The notes under the pieces are model-generated. The model made no database searches. It was not told the origin of the DNA and worked only from the letters and a program-made list of their open reading frames with translations. The position numbers were made by a program, and so were the translations under genes. From Octopus sinensis (taxonomy: Eukaryota), in the NCBI RefSeq assembly GCF_006345805.1, contig NC_043005.1, positions 104,594,001 through 104,658,000 of the forward strand: 64,000 nucleotides of DNA, read 5' to 3'. Shown here one piece after another: positions 54,928-64,000 of the stretch; positions within the stretch are counted from its first letter, which is position 1, and the number at the start of each line of letters is the position of its first letter.

Positions 54928-57464
54928 GCACACATACACATATATGCATGCATATGTAATAATCATTCGTCAAAATACATTGAAAAAATAAATTCTGACG
55001 TTGATAGCTGGAGTCGTGTATAAATGTCTGTGTGTCTTTAGTTTAATTGACCAAGAAACAGTTTCAATTCTAGGTATATCAAAATACTTTATCACCGGGA
55101 CAAAAATTGTACTTCTCTAGATAAGGTTACCATAAAAGAAGACTAATCACTTACTTTACCAAAATGCAAATTTATCCATAAATATAATAGCGGCATTGAA
55201 ATCACCTGATGCTAAAGTTTGTAAGAACTTCTAAGATATTCGTCATCCTCATGCTCAAAGGTAGTTAACCCGAGTACATGAAAAATTTAAAAGAATGTAA
55301 ATGCCACTGCTAACATAGCTACTCCTCAAAATGCATGAAGTAAATGAATCCTGACGCAGGAATGGGAAAATTGGGCTGAGCACTTTGAACGCTTGCCATT
55401 TGGCACGGCTGTTTGACTGTGAAACCCGTTTTCCTGATAGATTTTCTTTGTGACTACCGATTTTGGCGACGGCGCTGAAGCAAAACACATATTACACTCA
55501 AAGATATATATTATGTACAGCATCGAAAAATTGCTACACATAAATATAAGATGCAAAGAGAGAAGGAGAGAGAGCAAGAGAAAGTGTGGGAGTGGGGGAA
55601 GCTGACTGCCCCCACTACCAAAAGATTTCTTGGCTGCTTTTGACTATAACATGGCATTATGTCTCTAAAACAGGTGTAATGAGCACCCTGGTAGCTATCT
55701 ACTTCAGGATTCATTTTTAAAATGTATTTTGACGATTAACTATATAAATACAGATATGACGAATGCCTATATAACATGTAATTTATCTCGTTTTGTGGCC
55801 TTCTTAAAATACAAGTTTCATAGTGGAGAGGGAAAAAATACAAAAAATAGAAAAGAATGATTACTAGAAAATATGCAACAATTTCAGTTTCATATGAGAA
55901 TGTTTAGTCTTTCTTAATGCGAAGAGATGCTGGACTGTATTGTGCTACTGTAAAACTCAAACTGTCTTTAATAGTAGAAGAGATGAAAGTAAGAAACGTC
56001 TGCTGCTATATGACGTCTTGTGATCACGTGGGTTCCCATTGGCCCCAGGTTGTTGAGGTAGCATACATTGTCCTAGAAATAAAAAAGTTAACAGATGAAT
56101 TGTAGAACACAAGTTAAACCAACGCATACAGAACAAATATTTATTTCGCCAGAATGGGAAACACAGGCGAGATATTGTAACAATAATATTTATCATATTG
56201 AAAAAAAGTAGCGACTAAGGCTCTCGAATTCAGAAGCCAATGTGCGTTGGTTAGTAAAAAAGACATTTCAGAAGAGAAAGTTATTGTGGGGCTTAATATG
56301 AAAAATGAACCATCTCTCTTTAGAGTGTTCTGCAATCTGCTTCAAACCTGACCATTTATTAGACAGTGGAGTAAGTGGCACTGCAGTGCAGATATTTTAT
56401 AATCTAAGGCGTATTTTGGCAGCGTGCAAGTCGTTTCTTGCAGGGAATTATCAGGTATCATAGTATACTTTCCGATGCAGAAAAGAACAATGCAATAAAG
56501 TCAAAGCGATAAGATTCGACATCAGTTTTGTTTTTCGCAAAGGAGAGCGAGCAAAAGGATATTGCTAGCGTGTAGGCAATGGAAACTGCGGTTCACTCTT
56601 TGCCTGGGGCTGATGAATGAAATGTGTGATTGGATTGCAAAGAAGGGACCAATTTCCCAAGCAATAGTTAAGCGATACCCTGATCTTATGCTCTGGTCAG
56701 CATTTACATACACACACACACACACTCTCTCTCTCTCTCTCTCACACACACACATACACACACATGTTCATACATAGGAAACACTTTTGTAGCTTAGCAG
56801 TAATGATCTCCACCGTTTTTTCAGCCTTAAAATACATACTTTACATAACTAACTGACCACTCTTTTCTTTGTACATCAGTAAATATTACTAGGGGTTTCA
56901 GTAAACTAAATATATCGGTTTTCACAAATCCTTGACAGCTAGATGTTTCCGATTACTCTGATAATGCATGGGTTGATCCAACGCTCTAGGAAATGAAACT
57001 TGCCGAAGATGCTGCGCAGTGGGATCGGTGCAGAATGGGCGAATGGCTAAGAAGCTCGCTTTGCAACTACGAGAGAGCTTAGAGTAAATTGTCAACCTTT
57101 GATAAAATAAACGTATACATATATAGACATATATTTACATACATACACATACATTCATATACACCCCCCCCCCCTACATACACACATATGTATAGAGAAC
57201 ACATATTCCTTAAAGCATTTTGTATTTTAAAAAATGATGGTGTGCTTAAGTTTCATCTATTTTTATCAAAATATTTTTGTTTTTATTTTCGTATGAATTT
57301 TAACAGATGCGTGAAGTTCCAAAATCTGTCATCTTTGTTCTGTATTTTTACAAATTCACGGATGAGGTAAAGTTGGCGTGTATTGAAGCCGTTTCTTCGC
57401 AGGTATGATCAATATGTTTCGTCATGCCTAGAAGAATTTGAAGAATATAAATATATAATGTTTG

Positions 57465-57752
57465 TTCCTTCTCGGGCCACGCATGGCTCATAAGGGCTGG
57501 TTTCCCGGTTTCCTTGGCATATAGGTTCCCCACCTGGACGGGACGCCGGCCCGTCGCAGGTGATCTGCAAGATGCAGGGGGAAAGAGTGAGAGAAAGTTG
57601 TGGCAAAAGAGTCAGCAGAAGTTTCACCATTACCTTCTGCCAGACCCACGTGGAGCTTACGTGTTTTGATCATAAACACACACATCACCCGGTCTGGGAT
57701 TCGAACCCGCGATCCCTCGACCGCTGCTCTAACCACTAGGCCATGTTCCTTC
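57465..57752 (-). mobile_element. tRNA-derived SINE family D (young-looking, GC-rich)
   Basis: A box tggcctagtggttag, B box ggttcgaatcc. Related fragment at 18925-19015 (aagctccacg..ccacaactttctctcactct). Confidence 0.85.
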
Positions 57753-58753
57753 GCATAAATATATAATAAGACCCACTAACTTCAGCTAATCCAGGGACAT
57801 GAGACTGTGAAGAGTGAAAAAATATCGATGACTGATTTGAAACATCGCTGTTCCTAATAAACTGTAAGAGCTCGTGGGAAATATGACAGAAACCATTGGT
57901 AAGCGAATGTAGCTAGAATATAATCAAGTTTTATGAGTGATAACTTCACAGACCCCCATCCACATCTACCCACACGCACACATTCATATATGTCTACAAC
58001 TCTCATATTCATATACATACGTGGATGTTTACATATGCACATAACTATATTCGCATACACACACACACATGGGCTCATGTATATGTAGATATGTAGACAG
58101 AGAGAAAACGGAAACAAATACAGAGGAATAGAAAAAGAGAGAGAGAGAGAGAGAGAGAGAGGGCGCAAGAAGGAGGGAGGGATGTACATTCGTTGCTCTA
58201 CAAGTATGCAAATTATATAAATTCAAGAGCTTATTAGAAATTGCCGAATCCTTTGATCTTTACACCTTCACTCATTCTTAAGAAAGACGGGACGCTCACA
58301 AAAAAGAAAAGAAAAGAAAACCTTAACGCGCAAAACAATTGAGTTCTTTATGAACTTTAGGCTTTATAAAAAAGATGAGATCAAAAAGAGTTTGTTGTTG
58401 TTTTTAATCTCTTTAAACGCGACATGAGGAACAAACTTGGAGATAATTATCGATTATTGAAATATATTTAGTTTTTAGATGCGTGTTGAATTGCCTTGGG
58501 GTGTAATTGAACTCGATATGTTGGCTTTTGCAACAATCCATAATATAGCAAGCTGGTTATCAGAACTCATGCTGAGTTTTTTTCTTTTTCTGCAAAGTTC
58601 ATTCTGATATGCTTAAAAGATTTTAGGTAGGCATGGTGATATGAACACAGTTACTCACTAAAGTGCACCTAAAACCTATATAACTTGTCTAATACTTATA
58701 CATGTATATATATAATGCATACATACATACATACATACATATACATACATACA

Positions 58754-58786
<33 letters not shown>

Positions 58787-58893
58787 CACCATGATCATCA
58801 TCATTTAACGATTGTCTTCCATGCTGTCATTTGTTAGGGATTTAACAGGATTCAACGTGCCGCACAGCCGCGTCAAGTCCCGTATAATACCTA

Positions 58894-60087
58894 AACAGGA
58901 CAGAAGTCAATAGACACCCCATATAACATCGTTTTATGTTTATTCTAACTTTTAAAGGTTTATGTTTGATTTTAATGGACATTTTTATATTTCAGGTTCT
59001 ATATCATGCCATGTACAAAAGAAGCCTTGCAGTTGTCTGAATTTCAAAGAGGCCGTATTGTTGGTCATTCTGAAGGTGGACATAACCAGCGTAAAATCGC
59101 AGAAAAAATTGGGATCCTACTATTTACAGTTAATAAAGTGATTCTGCAATTCACAAGAGAGAAGAAGGTGTCTACATCACCTCACCCAGATCAATCAGGG
59201 TCCTCTGACAGGACCCTTCTCTTTGCTAAGAGAAGTGTGAAGGATAATCCCCGTTGCAAGGCCTCTGACATAGTAGAACAAGTTGATGTCAGTTCCAGAA
59301 CAGCTGTCAGGTATCTCCACAAACTTGGTTACTATGATAGAGCAGCAAGATGGAAGCCTCTTCTTCGACCAGCCAACATCAAGCGGAGAAAAATTTGGAC
59401 CAATGAGATGGTGGAGAGACCACTAGCATTTTGGGACACTGTTCATATTCTCTGATGAGTCCAGATTTGCTGTATTTCCTGACAGTGGTGGAGTGTGAAT
59501 CTGGAGACTCTGTGATCAAGAAGTTGATGTGAAAAGATTGCAACCAACAATGAACGGCAGCAATTCTGTGCTGATCTGGGGAGCAGTTTGGAGCCATGGT
59601 TGATCAGAGCTGGTGGAGAGTGAGGGAAACATAAACTCAAATAGATACGTGTCCATATTGCAGAAAGAATTCCTTCAAATATTCTCCAATGGTGAAATGA
59701 TTAAAGAAGACTATTTATGGAAGATGGGGCTCCTTGTCACATGGTTAAAATGACCCAAGATTTGTTGGATGATAATGACATCAAAAAGCTCCTAAGGCAA
59801 AGTCAATCACCAAGTATGAACACGTCATAAAAAAAGAAACCCAAACAAGAAAGCATCTTCAAAGCCAGATATTTTGAGATTGCTGTAAGAAACTTGACAA
59901 GAAATTTCACCAGAGGATATTCGTCAGTAACAAACCTAGAAGGGTCCTTGCATTGAAAAATGCAAAGGGCATGTTTCCTAAATTTTAAATAATCACATTA
60001 TAACAATTAATAAATGATTTGAATACATAATTTCAGATTTAAATAAATTTAATGATTATTAGGATGTTTATTTACTTCTGTCACGTG
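58894..60087 (+). mobile_element. Near full-length Tc1-like transposon
   Basis: 26-bp TIRs (20/26 match) at 58894-58919 and 60062-60087, each flanked by TA. Confidence 0.85.
59006..59975 (+). pseudogene. Tc1-like (DD34E-type) transposase pseudogene
   Basis: LSEFQRGRIVG HTH, KPLL, frameshifted SDESRF, SVLIWGA, DGAPCH, EISPEDIRQ. Stops and frameshifts present. Confidence 0.9.
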
Positions 60088-60114
60088 TATGTGTGTGTGT
60101 GTATATGTGTGTGT

Positions 60115-60162
<48 letters not shown>

Positions 60163-61080
60163 ATACATACATATAAACATACATACACACATTAGATGAG
60201 AAACCGAACTGCTAGTTTAAAATCAAGTGAATTGAAACTTGCATATTATTGCTGTCTATTAAATTGACCCCGAAGTGATAAATTGAGTTCTATCTTTATT
60301 TGAAATTAGAAGCAAGATGTCTGAAATTAATCATTAAAATACATGTACTCGTAGCTCGATGTTGCATTGATTTCGCCATTATTACAGTATATTAATATCC
60401 TAGATTTGAACTATAATACAATATATGATGAGGTGTCATTGCTAACATCCGGATGTCTCTACCATCTTGTATATGTAAAGACGATATAACTGATCTTTAT
60501 ATACGAATGGTTTCATCATTATTTTATGCTTTATTTCTGTTATAACCAACACCACATCAGTGGTAACTGGAGAACACAAGAGACGATGCTCATAAATCTG
60601 TGTCTGTGCTTCTACTGCACCCAAGTCACTGACGATCACGTCCAAAATATAGGTTTTTCTGATTGCTTAACAAACCTTCTCTCACAACCACTTTATAACT
60701 ATTAGGTCGCTGCAACACTGACACCCTCATCAGCAGAATCATAACAGTTTCTGGTAATCTGAATTTCTAAGCCAAGAATGTAATCCATCCAAAGTACCAA
60801 ACGTTCCTGCAGCATCTCACTCCGAAATATGACGAAGAATTTTACTTGATTGTTTCTCCACAGAATTGTAATTTTCAAGCGTTCTGTCCTCGTCCATTTC
60901 ATTACACAAACATTAAAAATATCCCCCCAAAACATCAATAATAACAACATCATCACTAAGTGGGGCTGTGCTGTACAAAAGCTACGCACTGCACAAGTTA
61001 GTCATGCATAGAGAGGTACAAATCAGCGTGGGATAGTGAACGCGGTCATTCGACCTGTTAAAAGGAGCAGAAAATCTCGC

Positions 61081-61295
61081 CGGCGAGCTAGCAGAAACGT
61101 TAGCACACCGGGCGAAATGCGTAGCCGTATTTCGTCTGGTATTACGTTCTGAGTTCAAATTCCGCCGAGGTCGATTTTACCTTTCATCCTTTCGGGGTCG
61201 ATAAATTAAGTACCAGTTACGCACTGGGGTCGATGTAATCGAATTAATCTCTTTGTCTGTCCTTGTTTGTCCCTTCTGTGGGTAGTAAAGAAATA
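61081..61295 (+). mobile_element. SINE family A (A2 tail)
   Basis: 12-bp TSD agaaaatctcgc at 61069-61080 and 61296-61307. Confidence 0.9.
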
Positions 61296-61934
61296 AGAAA
61301 ATCTCGCTCAAATCGCAACCTACCATCTTAGTAAATGGCACATTAGTAACAATACAATGTATCGGTAAAAAGTCGGAGTTGCCATGTCTGGAGCGTCTTT
61401 GGCAATAAATCTGCTGATCAATAAGGACTGACATGCAGTTAAACAGTTTGCAGTCATGTTAGCGCTTTTACTTTGGCACAACATTACATTAGAGCCCGTA
61501 CTCGGACCTTTAGTGTATTGGCTACTTACAGCCTAAAGCCATTCAACTTTGTGTACTCTCCTTAAAGTGGTGAGTCGTCCCATCTTCTGTGTTCTCTTTA
61601 CAGGGGTAAAATGTTGTATCTGCATTGTGTACTCTATTAACAGCTAGGCGGATTGAGCCATAAACAATGTAAACATTTTATTCACAGCATCCTTCTTCAA
61701 AAAAAAAAAAGAAAAATGCAGTGATGTATGGAAGTTGCTTGTAGTGTATTGCTAATGGAGGTGATGTATTGTCACTAGTACGGTAGTATTAGCAGTGTTA
61801 GTAGTAGTGTAGTATTAAAAGTGGCATAGTATTGGTAGCAATAGGTATTAAATAGTAACGTAATGATGGATATGGTGTACAGTAGATACAGATCTTTTAA
61901 TTAATTTTTTGATTATCCTTTCTAATATAGTTAC

Positions 61935-62445
61935 ATGGGAGGAGGAGATTGTTCTATTACATCGATCCTAGTGCAAAACTGGTATTTATTTTAGCAATCA
62001 CCGAGTAATGACTGGTAAAGTCTATCTCGGCGGAAGTCAGGACCTAAGACGAACAAAATACCCATTTCTTTATCCCAAGGGGCTAAACACAGAGAGGACA
62101 AACAAGAACAGAATTTGAACTCAGAACGTAGCGCCAGACGAAATACCTATTTCTTTATTACCCACAAGGGGCTAAACATAGAGGGGACAAACAAGGACAG
62201 ACAAAGGTATTAAGTCGATTACATCGACCCCAGTGCGTAACTGGTACTTATTTAATCGACGCCGAAAGGATGAAAGGCAAAGTCGACCTCGGCGGAATTT
62301 GAACTCAGAACATAGAAGCAGACGAAATACGGCTACGCATTTCGCCCGGCGTGCTAACGTTTCTGCCGGTTCGCTGCCCTAAGACGACCAAAATACCTTA
62401 TAGGATTTGTTTGGCATTCTAACGATTCTGCCAGCTCGCCGCCTT
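61935..62445 (-). mobile_element. Old SINE A1 containing a nested, partly tandem SINE A2 insertion (62063-62377)
   Basis: 20-bp TSD cctaagacga[a/c]caaaatacc at 62043-62062 and 62378-62397. Confidence 0.85.
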
Positions 62446-62658
62446 AAATCTACTATTAATAAAAAACAGTACAGGGTGTGTCCTGATGTAGTGTTAGTAA
62501 TGGTGTAGAGTTTATTGTGATATTAATTAGTTATTAGTATATGTTAGAAGAGATGTTATTGATAGTTCTGGTGTTTTTGTGGGCTGGTTGTATTCGAATG
62601 AGTGCAGAGTCACTAGCTTGGGTAGATTTGGTAGTGTTGTTGTGGTGGCTGCAGGTGT

Positions 62659-62880
62659 AAGGCGGCGAGCTGGCAGAAACGTTAGCACGCCGAGCGAAAT
62701 ACGTAGCCGTACGTTCTGAGTTCAAATTCCGCCGAGGTCGACTTTGCCTTTCATCCTTTCGGGGTCGATAAACTAAGTACCAGTTACGCACTGGGGGTCG
62801 ATGTAATCGACTTAATCCGTTTGTCTGTCCTTGTTTGTCCTCTCTGTGTTTAGTCCCTTGTGGGTAGTAAAGAAATAGGT
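62659..62880 (+). mobile_element. SINE family A (A2 tail), small internal deletion
   Basis: Complete head, core and tail. Confidence 0.9.
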
Positions 62881-62971
62881 TATTACAGTGCATGGTAGTT
62901 GTGTTGTATTTGGTAATTTATTGAAACTGTAGCCTCGTAATTCTAATAGTGTTGGTGCCAATCGTGATATA

Positions 62972-63198
62972 TATTTCTTTACTACCCACAAGGGGCTAAA
63001 CACAGAGGGGACAAACAAGGGCAGACAAAGGGATTAAGTCGATTACATCGACCCAGTGCGAAACTGGTACTTTATTTATCGACCCCGAGATGATGAAAGG
63101 CAAAGTCGACCTCCGCGGAATTTGAACTCAGAACGTAACGGCAGACGAAATACGGCTACGCATTTCGGCCGGCGTGCTAACGATTCTGCCAGCTCGCC
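62972..63198 (-). mobile_element. SINE family A (A2 tail)
   Basis: 15-bp TSD gccaatcgtgatata at 62957-62971 and 63199-63213. Confidence 0.9.
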
Positions 63199-63228
63199 GC
63201 CAATCGTGATATACTGCTACTAATAGAG

Positions 63229-63260
<32 letters not shown>

Positions 63261-64000
63261 GTAGTAGTAGTAGTAGTAATAGTAGTAGGTTGTAGTTATT
63301 TGATGTGACTTTGTTCATGGTTGCCATAACAGTTGGACCGGTTATGGAAAAGTTTTAAGTATGGAGCTGATAGATGTTGATGTTGATGTGGTAATTGTTA
63401 ATATCAAAAATTGTAGACAGTGTCGTTGTATGTGTGTGGTGGCAATGATGTAGTTGTAGTAGTAGTGATAGTGGTTGTGGCGGTGGTAGCAGTAGCAGTA
63501 ATAGTAGTAGCAGTACAGGAGTGTTGCTTTATGTAGTGGCCATATGAGAGGAGGTGGTTTAATGTGTTGTAGTGGTATGAATGATGTGAACGTGTAGGCT
63601 GTAGTGGTGTAAAATTTCAATACCTTCATTGCAGCCACAACAACTCTCGTTGTGGTTGTTGTGATTGTTACTGTCCATTATCCCACGTGACTGACACAGA
63701 AAAGTTCTTTGTCACATTCATCATTTTTTTCCTCACATTTGGAATATATATATTTTTTACATATTTCACGTTGTTTTTTTTTTGTGTTTCTTTCCTTGAC
63801 AATTTTATGAAGATTGTTCTTCTGTTTATTTTCCCTTCTTCCTTTTTCTTCTCTCTCTCTCTTCTCCATCCCCGTTTCCCTCCTGATTGGCTGCAGTAAG
63901 ATGATTATTGTTTCACAGTGGGGGGTGGAGGAACTGAGAGGAACAGAAGACGGAAGTGATGTGGGAGTTGGCTGGATGATTGCTTGGTCAGATACGGTGG

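Noticed and set aside
37388-57752. SINE heads as tRNA genes
   Set aside because: A and B boxes are present, but there is no complete cloverleaf and each continues into a SINE body.
59900-59930. Minus-strand CTGACGA..GAAA
   Set aside because: It lies in Tc1 coding sequence (EISPEDIRQ) and the helices do not pair. Coincidental.
63640-64000. CACGTG, CCAAT and ETS-like motifs as a promoter
   Set aside because: Short motifs are expected by chance, and there is no downstream gene evidence inside the window.

Overview
AT-rich, microsatellite-saturated eukaryotic DNA. The repeat content suggests a cephalopod such as Octopus (inference). I find no intact host protein-coding gene; almost all listed ORFs are translations of simple repeats. 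The window contains many tRNA-derived SINEs (several with target-site duplications, some nested), decayed Tc1, mariner and maT transposases, and a possible hAT MITE. It also holds a dense set of short Penelope-like element (PLE) ends next to (TA)n/(CA)n arrays. The main signal is that at least six families with unrelated sequence each carry a minimal type-I hammerhead ribozyme (HHR) architecture, usually with a palindromic or near-palindromic helix III. One HHR is physically joined to a decayed PLE reverse transcriptase. One is intact on both arms of a perfect 114-bp fold-back hairpin. One has a G3/C8 swap of the tertiary C3-G8 core pair. All folds and alignments were done by eye and none has been computed or tested.
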